Part shown: piece after piece, positions 1 to 9,655 of the stretch | Layout of the letters: the number at the start of each line of letters is the position of its first letter | How positions within the stretch are numbered: the stretch's first letter is position 1 | Assembly: GCA_963678065.2 (NCBI GenBank) | Contig: CAXXVZ010000005.1 | Span: 1,056,001-1,120,000, forward strand | From: Treponemataceae bacterium | Lineage (GTDB): Bacteria > Spirochaetota > Spirochaetia > Treponematales > Rectinemataceae | Direction: 5' to 3' | DNA: 64,000 nucleotides | Notes under the pieces: model-generated | What the model was told of the DNA's origin: nothing | The model's database searches: none | The model's input: only the letters and a program-made list of their open reading frames with translations | Program-made: the position numbers and the translations under genes

Positions 1-1249
1 CGGGGATATAGGTCACTAAAAAGAGAGTGGCTATCTCGGCCGCGAGGAAGGGCATGATCTCCTTGAATGTCTTGTCGATGGGCACTTTGGCGATCGAGCT
101 CGCGATGAAAACGCAGACGCCCAAAGGCGGCGTGCCCGCGCCTATGACGAGGTTCAGCACCATGATGAGGCCGAAGTGGACGCCGTTGATCCCCAGGGAA
201 AGCGCGATAGGCGTGAGGATGGGGGCGAGTATGATTACGGCCGCCGAGCCGTCCATGAACATGCCAACGAGAAGCAGAAGGAGGTTGACAAGAAGGAGAT
301 AGACTGCCGGAGAGTGTGAAAGGGATAGAAAGAGCTCCCCGATATAGACCTGCACCTGAGCGGCGGCGAAGACCCACCCGAGTATCTTCGCGCAGCTGAT
401 GATCATGATGAGGCCGGCCGAAACCAGGGCGGTGTGCTTGAGCATGGGGATGAGGTCGGAGAGTTTCAGTGTCTTCAGGACGAAAAAGCCGACGAGGAGG
501 GAGTACACCACGGCGATCGCGCCCGCCTCCGTGGGGGTGAAAACCCCGCCGAGGATGCCGCCGATGATGATGAGCGGCATGACGAGGGGAATGAGGGCCT
601 GGACGGTTATCGCAAGACCCTCTCTGAAGGCCACTTTCTGGTAGCGCCGCGGGAATTTCTGCTTGATGTTCATTATAAAGATGGCGAGGATCAGCCCACC
701 GGCTATCATCACTCCCGGAATGAAGCCACCCATGAACATGGCTCCGATGGACTCGCCGACCGTCACGCAGTAGACGACCATCATGATGCTCGGGGGGATT
801 ATCGGACCACAGGTCGAGGCGGCGGCGATGAGAGCCGCGCTCCAGGCTGGTTTGTAACCTTCCTTTTTCATCGCGGGGATGAGAAGGCCGCCGATGGCCG
901 AGGTATCCGCCTGGGCCGATCCGGTCACCCCGCCGAAGAACATGCAACCGAGCACCGCGCTGTTCGCGAGGCTCGCGGGCATTCTCCCTATGAGGAGGCG
1001 GGACAAGTTGATGAGACGTTCGGTTATCCCCCCTTTGTTCATCAGCTCGCCCGCAAAAATGAAGAATGGAATGGCAAGGAGGGGGAAGAAACCCGCTCCT
1101 GCGAAGATGGATTGCGGAATGATGAGAAGGGGGTTCCCCTTCAGCATCAGGAGACCTATAGCTCCCACCGTGCCGAGGGCGAGATAAATGGGAATGCCGA
1201 TAAGCATCGCCGCGAAAATCAAGCCAAGCAGTACCAATCCGATGCTCAT
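1..1249 (-). CDS. dctM: TRAP transporter large permease (3' end runs off the window)
   Basis: Absent from the ORF track because it has no stop in the window. Manual translation from ATG 1249 (ATGA overlap with the dctQ stop) gives MSIGLVLLG...FPLLAIPFFIFAGELMNKGGITERL...GPIIPPSIMMVVY, typical DctM motifs. Confidence 0.92.
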   Translation of the reverse strand, partial: MSIGLVLLGLIFAAMLIGIPIYLALGTVGAIGLLMLKGNPLLIIPQSIFAGAGFFPLLAIPFFIFAGELMNKGGITERLINLSRLLIGRMPASLANSAVLGCMFFGGVTGSAQADTSAIGGLLIPAMKKEGYKPAWSAALIAAASTCGPIIPPSIMMVVYCVTVGESIGAMFMGGFIPGVMIAGGLILAIFIMNIKQKFPRRYQKVAFREGLAITVQALIPLVMPLIIIGGILGGVFTPTEAGAIAVVYSLLVGFFVLKTLKLSDLIPMLKHTALVSAGLIMIISCAKILGWVFAAAQVQVYIGELFLSLSHSPAVYLLLVNLLLLLVGMFMDGSAAVIILAPILTPIALSLGINGVHFGLIMVLNLVIGAGTPPLGVCVFIASSIAKVPIDKTFKEIMPFLAAEIATLFLVTYIP

Positions 1250-1776
1250 GCTGTCTCCTCCTCTGACTCTTCGGTCGGGGATGCGGGCGCCGCATCCGGT
1301 CGTCCCGTCAATACCGAGGGCATCGTCTTGAGATACTCGTAGATGGAAAAGACCGCGCCGATCGGCAGTATGACGAAGATGTATTGCATCGGGATCCTCA
1401 GCACGGTCGTCACCATGCCCCGCGTGGTCAGGCTGTAGCGCGCCGAGGCAAAGAGGAAAACTCCGAGAAAGGCCAGACCGATGAGACTCGTCAGAATCCG
1501 CACCGCGCGTCTGGCCGGTTCCGGCAACTTGTCGACAAAGACGAGGAGTTCGGTGTGGAGCTTCCTTCTCGTCATGGCGGCCGAACCGAACATGGTCATC
1601 ATGACCATGAGTATGGTGATGACTTCGTCAGTCCAAAGAATTCCGCTGTTGAGGACGTATCTCCAGAACACCTGGATTATGACGAGGACCGACAGGACCA
1701 CGAGCGCCGAGATGGACACGATCTCCTCGACAAGACCAATGAACCGGTCTATTGGCCTGAGCACTCTATGCATCAT
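1246..1776 (-). CDS. dctQ: TRAP transporter small permease
   Basis: Four hydrophobic segments and QVFWRYVLN...WTDE motif; GAGGAG RBS before ATG 1776; coupled to dctM. Confidence 0.9.
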   Translation of the reverse strand: MMHRVLRPIDRFIGLVEEIVSISALVVLSVLVIIQVFWRYVLNSGILWTDEVITILMVMMTMFGSAAMTRRKLHTELLVFVDKLPEPARRAVRILTSLIGLAFLGVFLFASARYSLTTRGMVTTVLRIPMQYIFVILPIGAVFSIYEYLKTMPSVLTGRPDAAPASPTEESEEETA

Positions 1777-1832
1777 TCTCCTCCTCACTACCACGCTGGC
1801 CGAAGTCTCTGATTCAAATCGATATCATTTCA

Positions 1833-1883
1833 TATATGTGAACTAGTTTCATAAATAGTAGCACCCGTATACGGAGCTGTCAA
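1833..1883 (-). promoter_or_regulatory. sigma70 promoter for dctQM with putative IclR operator
   Basis: Minus strand TTGACA (1883-1878), 17 bp, TACTAT (1860-1855). Repeated 25-bp motif at 1833-1857. Confidence 0.75.
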
Positions 1884-1890
1884 GGATTTT

Positions 1891-2940
1891 TCAGTTCTCC
1901 CCGGATTTCCAGGAAAGCACGCTTTTGAGCGAGGCACCTTCGGCGGATTTTTTGAAGGCCAGCGCGGCTTGGTCAAAGGAGAAGACCGAAATCAGCTCGT
2001 CCCAGGGAAGTTCGGAGGAGGAAAGAAGGTCGAGGGCCTGAGAGCCGCCTTTTTCGTCCGGGAAGGGATAGGGCCCCTTCGCGCCCAGGACCGTCAGCTC
2101 CTTGCGGAAGATCGGGAGTGGCGCGAAGTACACCGATTCCGTCGGGACGCCTGCGAGAACGACCCTCCCCCCGAGACGGGCGAGGTCGAGCGCGAGGGGA
2201 AAGACCGAGGCGACACCGGTTGCGTCGACGACGAGATCGAAGTCGGGCGCGATGTCCCGGATGGGCGCCGTTTTTCCCGATTCGAGGTGGACGCAATGAT
2301 CAAACCTGAGTCTCTTTGCCGTAGCCACGCGGCCTGGATGCGTGTCCGCGCCGACCACGAGACTCTCCGGCGATTTATTTTTGAACAAAAGTCCGCTCAG
2401 CACGCCCATCATCCCGAGGCCGAGAATGAGTATCCGGGCCCCCGGGACAGCATCCGCCCTCTCGACTATACGCATTGCGCAGCTCAGTGGCTCGAAGCAG
2501 GTGGCCCTGATATCGTCGAGCGAGTCAGGAATTCCGATGAGGGGCCTGCAGCCCTCCGCGCAGGTCACGAGGCAGTACTTCGCGAAGCCTCCGGGAAGGA
2601 ACTGGTTGCGGGCCCTTTCGCAGAGGTTCGGAAAACCCCGGAGACAGGGATCGCAGAAACCGCAGCCGAGGGCCAGCCCCGACGCGACGCGATCGCCGGG
2701 ATGGAAATCCCCTATCTCGCCGCCCACTGCCGCGACGATCCCGGAGAACTCGTGGCCAAAATACGGGAAGTCGAGCTCGCCTTTGCGGTAAGGCCGGAGA
2801 TCGCTTCCGCAGATGCCGCAGGCTGAAACCTCGACGAGGACCTGGTTGGCTTCTGGTTCTGCGATCGTGCGATCGATGAAATCGAGCAGCTCGGGGCCGC
2901 GGATCCTGAGCGTTCTGTTGATGCCCGTCCGGATACTCAT
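1891..2940 (-). CDS. Zn-dependent alcohol/polyol dehydrogenase (MDR family)
   Basis: CGICGSD, GHEFSG, structural Zn motif CGFCDPC...C, GLGMMG Rossmann motif. Confidence 0.9.
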   Translation of the reverse strand: MSIRTGINRTLRIRGPELLDFIDRTIAEPEANQVLVEVSACGICGSDLRPYRKGELDFPYFGHEFSGIVAAVGGEIGDFHPGDRVASGLALGCGFCDPCLRGFPNLCERARNQFLPGGFAKYCLVTCAEGCRPLIGIPDSLDDIRATCFEPLSCAMRIVERADAVPGARILILGLGMMGVLSGLLFKNKSPESLVVGADTHPGRVATAKRLRFDHCVHLESGKTAPIRDIAPDFDLVVDATGVASVFPLALDLARLGGRVVLAGVPTESVYFAPLPIFRKELTVLGAKGPYPFPDEKGGSQALDLLSSSELPWDELISVFSFDQAALAFKKSAEGASLKSVLSWKSGEN

Positions 2941-3935
2941 AATTGCACCACCCTTCGTTCTCTGCCGGACTGGTAGACCGCGTCGATGAGGCCCATGACT
3001 CTGGCCATTTCGGGCAGGGAGGCGGCGGGAGATCTGCCTTTCTCGAAGTCATCGAGGACCTTGCGGACGAAAACAGGATAGAAGAGGTCGGTATCGGTGA
3101 CGATTTTCTTTTCAAATCGCCGCCCGTCATGCCCGGACCAGATGAATTCGCCTTCGCGGATTTCCGCATAGCCTTTCGTCGTCGTGAGGCAGTACTCGAA
3201 GTGCCGGGGGTGCTCCGAATCCGAAGGATAGGCATACCCCGTCTCGATGGTGCACGCGACATCATCGGCGGTGGAGAGCACGACCGTCGAAAAATCCTCG
3301 ACCGGCGTGTCGTATTTTCTGCGGCTTGGGACGGCGTACACTCGTTTCACCCGATTGGTCCCGAGGAGGAGGAGGGCCAGATCGAAGAAGTGCACGCCGA
3401 GATTGATGGTGCATCCGCCGCCTGAGATGGCCGGATCGAGAAGCCAGGCGCTGTTCGCCTTCGGATAGCGGGTGGGAGGTCCGGCGATAAAGCGGAAATA
3501 GCCGTTCGTCAACTCCCCGAAGGCATCGGCCGCGCGCAATTCATCGATAGTCTCCAGGATCGGGCTGTAGCGGAACACGAAGGGAACCGCGATGAAGAGG
3601 GAGCTGCCCGCGGCCAGAAGCTGTGTCGCCTCGACCTCGGACAGGGAGGTTCCCATCGGCTTTTCCATGGCGAAGGGAATTCGCCCGCTGATCAGACAGG
3701 CGGCGATGGCAGGCATTTCGCGATGACGCCCGAAGGCGAAGGCAAAATCCGGCCTTTGCTCCCGAAGCATGGATGCATAGTCGACATACGCCGCGCATCC
3801 CAGTCTCGCCGCCACCCGCCCTGCGACTACGGGATCAGGATCAGATACGGCGATGACCTGCGCGCCCATCGAGGCGAGCGCTTCGACGTACAGGGGGGTA
3901 TGCCAGTGCGAAACCCCGATCAGGGCGATTTTCAT
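2937..3935 (-). CDS. Gfo/Idh/MocA family oxidoreductase
   Basis: KIALIG N-terminus, MEKPM motif, GGGCTINLGVHFFD. Confidence 0.9.
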   Translation of the reverse strand: MKIALIGVSHWHTPLYVEALASMGAQVIAVSDPDPVVAGRVAARLGCAAYVDYASMLREQRPDFAFAFGRHREMPAIAACLISGRIPFAMEKPMGTSLSEVEATQLLAAGSSLFIAVPFVFRYSPILETIDELRAADAFGELTNGYFRFIAGPPTRYPKANSAWLLDPAISGGGCTINLGVHFFDLALLLLGTNRVKRVYAVPSRRKYDTPVEDFSTVVLSTADDVACTIETGYAYPSDSEHPRHFEYCLTTTKGYAEIREGEFIWSGHDGRRFEKKIVTDTDLFYPVFVRKVLDDFEKGRSPAASLPEMARVMGLIDAVYQSGRERRVVQL

Positions 3936-3981
3936 AGGACCACCTCTATTTTCATGTTCACATCCATATGCATGTGGTTTC

Positions 3982-4034
3982 TATATATGAACCAGTTTCA
4001 TAAATATTCTACAGGCGTTTTTGCCGCCTGTCAA
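3982..4034 (-). promoter_or_regulatory. sigma70 promoter for the oxidoreductase operon with putative IclR operator
   Basis: Minus strand TTGACA (4034-4029), 17 bp, TAGAAT (4011-4006). 25-bp motif at 3982-4006. Confidence 0.75.
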
Positions 4035-4130
4035 ACTGAATTCCCGGAATGATCCGCGCATGGATTGACAGCGATACATACATGTGTAGTAGGTTCATAT
4101 TTATGGACTGCTGAAGAAAAGAGGGTAGAT

Positions 4131-4916
4131 ATGGACTTGGTCAATTCCATCGTCAAGGCGGTGCACATCCTCGACCTTCTCAAGAGCCGGGGAAGCCTGA
4201 GCTATGCCGAGATACTGAAACAGATGTCGCTCCCGAAGAGCACACTCTTCAAGATACTGTCCACCCTGGAATCCGAAGAGCTCGTCCGCAAGGATCAGGA
4301 AAGCGCCCGCTACCAGCTGGGGGTGAGGCTGATCGAGTGGGGGAGCGGGGCCCGGTCCCAGCTTGAGATCCGGAAAATCGCCCGGCCGTTCATGAAAAAA
4401 CTCAGCGATGCCCTGGATTGCACGATACACCTCACCGTGATGACGCACGGCGAAGTGTTGCCAATAGAGAGCTTTGAGTCGGGCAACACCTACTGGCACA
4501 ACTTCAGCTTTCCCGGAGGAGTGGGAATCCCCGCTCCCCTGCACGCCACGGGGGCGGGCAAAGCCATTCTCGCCTACCTGAGCACAGAAGAAATCGAGAC
4601 CATGATACAGAAAAAGGGGCTCGAGAAGTTTACGGAGCACACCATCACCGACCCTGATCGTCTGCGGGCGGATCTTGACGCAACCCGAAGGCGCGGCTAT
4701 GCGGTGACCGATGGAGAACACGACGAGATGGTCCGCAGTGTCGCTGCGCCGATCCGCGATCACGAGGGCCAGGTCATCGCCTCGCTGAGCGCTCTCGGGC
4801 TGGCCTCCCGGTTCGCCCTGGAGCGCCTGCCCGACATATCGGTGCCGGTGGTCGAGGCGGCCGAAGAAATATCCCGCCTCTTCGGCTATATTCCGGGGAA
4901 TACGCCGCCGCATTGA
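4131..4916 (+). CDS. IclR family transcriptional regulator
   Basis: N-terminal HTH LPKSTLFKILSTL, PLHATGAGKAILA, RRRGYA...SVAAPI; start placed at MDLVNS after GAGGG. Confidence 0.93.
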   Translation: MDLVNSIVKAVHILDLLKSRGSLSYAEILKQMSLPKSTLFKILSTLESEELVRKDQESARYQLGVRLIEWGSGARSQLEIRKIARPFMKKLSDALDCTIHLTVMTHGEVLPIESFESGNTYWHNFSFPGGVGIPAPLHATGAGKAILAYLSTEEIETMIQKKGLEKFTEHTITDPDRLRADLDATRRRGYAVTDGEHDEMVRSVAAPIRDHEGQVIASLSALGLASRFALERLPDISVPVVEAAEEISRLFGYIPGNTPPH

Positions 4917-5000
4917 GTTAAGCCTGTCCACTCCAGGCCCGGGCTACTACATTTTCCGAACACGTTTCGACCCTCGACTTACCTATCTTTCTGTTTTCGT

Positions 5001-5063
5001 TTGACAGTTACCCTTTTAGCAGGTATTATTAGTTTCATAATTCATGAAACTAGTTCATATATA
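5001..5063 (+). promoter_or_regulatory. sigma70 promoter with putative IclR operator
   Basis: TTGACA (5001-5006), 17 bp, TATTAT (5024-5029). Reverse complement of the 25-bp motif at 5039-5063. Confidence 0.75.
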
Positions 5064-5160
5064 GGAAACAGCAAAAAGAGAGGCACCATGAGGCGTGTTT
5101 TCAGGATTTTGAATCTGCCGAACGCGGGCAAACCGCGCGTGGCGCATCGGTGAGATAGTC

Positions 5161-6165
5161 ATGCCGAAACCGATTCGCGTCGCCATTATCGGGGCCGGAG
5201 AGTGGGCGCAGCTCTATCACCTTCCGGCCCTGAAAGCCATCAAGAGCGAAATACCGCTCGAGATCGTAGGGATCTGGAACCGCAGCCCGGAAAGAACGGA
5301 TCAGGCCGCCCGCAAATTCGGCATTGGCCGCGTCTACACCGGACTGGATGAAGCGGCAAACGACGGGCAGGCGGATTGTCATGTCGTGCTCGTCAATTCG
5401 ACAGCCCTGTTCGACATCGTGTCCAGATTGCTGCCGCGCCGCCTGCCCATCTTTACCGAAAAGCCGCCGGGAGCCTCGTATCTCGAAGCGCGAAAGCTCG
5501 CGGAACTGACGGATATCCCCAACACGGTCGCCTTCAATCGACGCTACATGCCCATCAATCGCAGGTTCAAACAATTGGCAGGCGACGTGGAGGGGGCCTA
5601 TTTCGCAGAATGCCATTTTTACCGGAACGAGCGATTCTACGACCATTTCATCCTGGAAACCGGCGTCCACGGCATCAACTTCATGGAATACATATGCGGA
5701 CCGATCCGGACAGTGCGGACAGAAAAGCGAAAGACACCCCGGAATGGGACCAGTTTCTGGATATGTCAGCTTACCTTCGAATCGGGGATGCGGGGAATCA
5801 TGAAATTTTTCCCGTCCTCAGGATCGAGTATCGAACGATACGAGTTGCACGGCGACGGCGAATCGATCTACCTGAACTGCCCGCAGACCTATACGAGCGA
5901 CCATCCGGGTCAGATATTCGTGCACAAAGATGGGAAACTGATATCGACCATCGCCGACGAAGAGAGCGATCACCTCGTAACCGCGGGCTTCATGGACGAG
6001 TACCGTGACTTTTTCCGGGCGGTTCGCGAAGGATCCGACACGCTCTCCAATTTCCGGAACGCGTCGAACACCATGAGGGTAGCGGAGGCGATCGAGGCGG
6101 CGGCCGGAGACGGCGAGGAGATTGTCCTTCATCCGGGCGAAGGCTTGGGGAGTAAGCTGGCATGA
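5161..6165 (+). CDS. Gfo/Idh/MocA family oxidoreductase
   Basis: RVAIIGAG, FTEKPP, VAFNRRY, GVHGIN. Confidence 0.88.
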   Translation: MPKPIRVAIIGAGEWAQLYHLPALKAIKSEIPLEIVGIWNRSPERTDQAARKFGIGRVYTGLDEAANDGQADCHVVLVNSTALFDIVSRLLPRRLPIFTEKPPGASYLEARKLAELTDIPNTVAFNRRYMPINRRFKQLAGDVEGAYFAECHFYRNERFYDHFILETGVHGINFMEYICGPIRTVRTEKRKTPRNGTSFWICQLTFESGMRGIMKFFPSSGSSIERYELHGDGESIYLNCPQTYTSDHPGQIFVHKDGKLISTIADEESDHLVTAGFMDEYRDFFRAVREGSDTLSNFRNASNTMRVAEAIEAAAGDGEEIVLHPGEGLGSKLA

Positions 6166-7202
6166 AAATTCTCTCTTTGGAATCGATGCCGATCGAAACG
6201 GATAGAAAAACTTCCCGCCACGCCTCGACCATCCTGCCTTTACCTGACGGTTCAATAATGGCCGCCTATTTTGCCGGAACATACGAGGCCGCTCCCGACG
6301 TAGACGTGTATGTCGCGAAAAGGAACGCCGTGGGCCTGTGGACCCGACCCACCCGTATCAGCAGGGAAGAGGGAATCGCGCATTGGAACCCGGTTCTCTC
6401 CATCCGATCGGACAGCGATATTCTTTTGTTCTACAAGGTTGGATTCCAGATCGCCACATGGAGGACGATGGTGAGAGTCTCGCGCGACGGAGGCGCGGGA
6501 TGGGACGAGCCGCGGGAGCTCGTTCCCGGCGATGTCGGTGGCAGGGGTCCCGTGCGGAACAAGCCCATCGTTCTCAGCGACGGAGTGTGGCTCGCCGGAG
6601 CTTCGCTCGAGCGCGGCGCCATCTGGACTTGCTTCTCCGACCGCTCCGAGGACGAAGGCGAGACGTGGCGGCGGAGCGCGGACATCGCCCTCGCGGAGGC
6701 ACAGAGCCCCTCATCCCGCGCTGGTTCGTCTCCTCCCCTTTCATCCATTGCGGTTTCCGAGCAATCCTTCCTCGGCCGCGGAGTCATCCAGCCAACCCTC
6801 TGGGAAAGCGAGTCAGGCAAGGTCCACATGCTCATGCGCAGCAGCGAAGGCTATGCATATCGCAGCGATTCCGAGGACGGAGGGATAACCTGGCGCGATC
6901 CTTATCGCACGGGGGTGCCGAACAACAATTCTGCCATCGACCTCATCCGGCTCGATGATGGCCGGCTCCTTGCAGCCCACAACCCGACTGGCGGCAACTG
7001 GGCCGAACGGACGCCGCTCGTACTGTCATCGTCCATCGATGGCGGCCACACCTGGATACGCGAACTCGTTCTTGACGAGGGCATTGGGGAGTTTTCGTAC
7101 CCGGCCATCGTCCGCGGTCCCGATACAGTGTTCGTTTCGTGGACGCGGAACAGGACAGAGATAGCCTTTGCGCAGATCGAATACGCGGATGGCGGTGGAT
7201 GA
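6162..7202 (+). CDS. BNR/Asp-box (sialidase-like) beta-propeller protein, no signal peptide
   Basis: Four Asp boxes (SRDGGAGW, SEDEGETW, SEDGGITW, SIDGGHTW), plus HAST and FSYPAI motifs. Confidence 0.85.
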   Translation: MKILSLESMPIETDRKTSRHASTILPLPDGSIMAAYFAGTYEAAPDVDVYVAKRNAVGLWTRPTRISREEGIAHWNPVLSIRSDSDILLFYKVGFQIATWRTMVRVSRDGGAGWDEPRELVPGDVGGRGPVRNKPIVLSDGVWLAGASLERGAIWTCFSDRSEDEGETWRRSADIALAEAQSPSSRAGSSPPLSSIAVSEQSFLGRGVIQPTLWESESGKVHMLMRSSEGYAYRSDSEDGGITWRDPYRTGVPNNNSAIDLIRLDDGRLLAAHNPTGGNWAERTPLVLSSSIDGGHTWIRELVLDEGIGEFSYPAIVRGPDTVFVSWTRNRTEIAFAQIEYADGGG

Positions 7203-7234
7203 TCGAATCGCCCAGAGGCGGAGTACTGGTTCGT

Positions 7235-7274
7235 CGTTTTTTGCAAAAGGCCGCACCACCTTTTGCAAAAAACG
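7235..7274. terminator. Bidirectional terminator-like hairpin between convergent genes
   Basis: Perfect 16-bp inverted repeat CGTTTTTTGCAAAAGG-N8-CCTTTTGCAAAAAACG. Confidence 0.65.
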
Positions 7275-7294
7275 GCATATCCGTGAGGGAATAG

Positions 7295-8851
7295 TCAATA
7301 TGCGCTTTTTGAAGCGCCACTTTTCTCAGGGAAAGATATCATACCATCCCAGCTGTTCAGTACTTTGCCCTCCCGAGCTTCTTTCTCGGAGAACCAGTGT
7401 GTAGTCACGCTCTTGAGCTCCGTATAGAATCGGACACCATCCGCCCCCATGGCATGGAGATCGCCAAAGAACGAGTTTTTGTGCCCGGTGAAACCGAACA
7501 CTCCGAGCGGCACAGGGATACCTACGTTGATCCCCACCTGCCCGCCGTCGGTCCGTTTCGCGAATTCGCGCGCGTAATATCCACTCTGCGTGTAAATGAC
7601 CGAGCCGTTCGCGAACTCGTTCGCGTTCATCAGTGCGATCCCTTCCTCGAAATCTTTCACGCGCTTGATGCAGAGGACGGGGCCAAAGACTTCCTGATTG
7701 CCGATGCTCATCTCCGGCGTGACGTGGTCCAGGAGGGTCGGGCCGAGGTAGAATCCGTTCTCGTAGCCTTTCACGACGATGTCTCTTCCATCGAGAACGA
7801 CTTCGGCGCCTTCCGCTATTCCCTTCGCAATCCAATTTGAAACGAAGGCGCGGTGCTCGGCGTTGACGACCGGACCCATCTGGCTCCATTTCTCGTACGC
7901 GGGCCCGACTTTGAGTTCGGACATGAATTTCTTCAGGATCGCGACGAGTTCATCGGCTATCTCTTCTTCGGCGACGATTACGGGAAGTGCCATGCAGCGT
8001 TCGCCCGCGCAACCGCAGGCCGAGTTGATGATGCCGCGGGCGGTTCTCTCCAGCGCGGCATCCTTGAGCACCAAAGCGTGATTTTTGGCCTCTGTAAGGC
8101 ATTGCACGCGCTTTCCGTTGGCCGCCGCCGTCTCGTAGATATGCCTGCCGACACCGGTGGAGCCGACGAACGTAATGCCCTTCACATCGGGATGCTTGAG
8201 AAGTATTTCGGCCTCATGCCTGGAACAGGTGACAAGATTGAGCACCCCTGAAGGCAAGCCCGCTTCCGCCCAGAGTTCCATGATCCGCATCGATGTCTGC
8301 GGCGTAAAACTCGCGGCCTTGATGACCATCGTGTTTCCCGTCGCGATACAGATAGGTGCCATCCACCCCATTGGGATCATGGCAGGGAAGTTCCAGGGAG
8401 CAATCCCCGCGAAGACTCCCATGCTTTCCATGTACTGGGTCGTATCGTATCCGGTCGAGCAATTCATCAAGGCAGGACCTTTCATAAGATGGGGTATCCC
8501 GCACGCGAATTCCACGACTTCCGTGACCTTCAGCACATCGCCCATGGCCTCGTCGAGCACCTTGCCGTTCTCGCGGGCGCAGAGAACGGTCAGTTCGTCG
8601 AGATGGCTGTCCAGCAGGGCTTTCATGCGGAATAGCACCTGCACTCTTTTGTTCGGCGGCGTATTCGACCAAGCCGGATATGCCGCTTTCGCCGAGGCTA
8701 CCGCCGCTTCAACCTCCGCCGCCGTGCACTGTGGAGCGCGAGCTATTATTTCACCCGTCGATGGATTGTAGCAGTCCATGTATTTGGTGGTTTCCGAGGT
8801 TTTCCATCCCCCATCGATCCAATACTGAAGCATCTTCATTTTCGCATCCAT
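7295..8851 (-). CDS. mmsA: CoA-acylating (methyl)malonate-semialdehyde dehydrogenase
   Basis: ALDH motifs PWNFP, FVGST, AKNH, GCAGERCMA, EVFGPV, VGINVGIPVP. Confidence 0.9.
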   Translation of the reverse strand: MDAKMKMLQYWIDGGWKTSETTKYMDCYNPSTGEIIARAPQCTAAEVEAAVASAKAAYPAWSNTPPNKRVQVLFRMKALLDSHLDELTVLCARENGKVLDEAMGDVLKVTEVVEFACGIPHLMKGPALMNCSTGYDTTQYMESMGVFAGIAPWNFPAMIPMGWMAPICIATGNTMVIKAASFTPQTSMRIMELWAEAGLPSGVLNLVTCSRHEAEILLKHPDVKGITFVGSTGVGRHIYETAAANGKRVQCLTEAKNHALVLKDAALERTARGIINSACGCAGERCMALPVIVAEEEIADELVAILKKFMSELKVGPAYEKWSQMGPVVNAEHRAFVSNWIAKGIAEGAEVVLDGRDIVVKGYENGFYLGPTLLDHVTPEMSIGNQEVFGPVLCIKRVKDFEEGIALMNANEFANGSVIYTQSGYYAREFAKRTDGGQVGINVGIPVPLGVFGFTGHKNSFFGDLHAMGADGVRFYTELKSVTTHWFSEKEAREGKVLNSWDGMISFPEKSGASKSAY

Positions 8852-8968
8852 TCTGTTATTCCTCCCGTAATTTCATTCATATGACATAAAACGCTCTTGG
8901 GTCCCACTTGCAATTCATCAACTTCCGCGCCCGCCCATCGATTGGTGAGGCATGCAGATACCCTATCC

Positions 8969-9655
8969 TCATTTTGCGCCTACCTTCCTCCTTCGGGCAT
9001 ACGTGAGCGCGAGGCCCAGGGCAACCGATAAATATGCCGCAGTAATGACCCTGTACTCGGAGGGCAGCATGAAGGTCAACGTATGGGCGGGGATCCAGAA
9101 CAAAGGGATAGTCTTTCCGACGACAAACCGGATGAAGTCCGGCCAATCCACTTCGGCTATGGCATCATTCAACATTACAATCTTCTTCCGCAAACGAAGA
9201 TCGATGAAAGTGTCGCAGACCCTGTGCGCTCCCATGAAGACAATGCCAAACGTCAAATTCATGAGAGCGCTCACGAAAAACGCCGCCAGCACCTTCGCCG
9301 GAAATCCTGTCCCGACAAAGAGGAGCTTTCTTTCAACGAGGCCTCTGACTCCATCCGAAAAGAGGGCGAACATCAAGACAATCGCCATCCCCACAATACC
9401 CCACACGAGCGCCTTGACAAGGAATCCTGGCGGCCTGTGCCATTTCCCCTCGAGAATGCGCATGGCCAGCAACTCGCCCATGGATGCCATTACGGCGAAC
9501 TTGAAGAAGCCCAGAAGATAAGGATGCACGTTGGTCAGCATCACAAAAGTATCGCGGCTTTTGGACACGACCAGTATCGCCGTTATTCCGCAGAAAATCG
9601 CGGCCCAGGAAAAATCCCCGATACGTGTTTTCATCCTGTTGTCAGAACCACTCAT
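8969..9655 (-). CDS. Membrane protein, Mpv17/PMP22-like
   Basis: Several transmembrane segments and C-terminal FWIPAHTLTFMLP..YRV; ATGA overlap with the ptb stop. Confidence 0.6.
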   Translation of the reverse strand: MSGSDNRMKTRIGDFSWAAIFCGITAILVVSKSRDTFVMLTNVHPYLLGFFKFAVMASMGELLAMRILEGKWHRPPGFLVKALVWGIVGMAIVLMFALFSDGVRGLVERKLLFVGTGFPAKVLAAFFVSALMNLTFGIVFMGAHRVCDTFIDLRLRKKIVMLNDAIAEVDWPDFIRFVVGKTIPLFWIPAHTLTFMLPSEYRVITAAYLSVALGLALTYARRRKVGAK

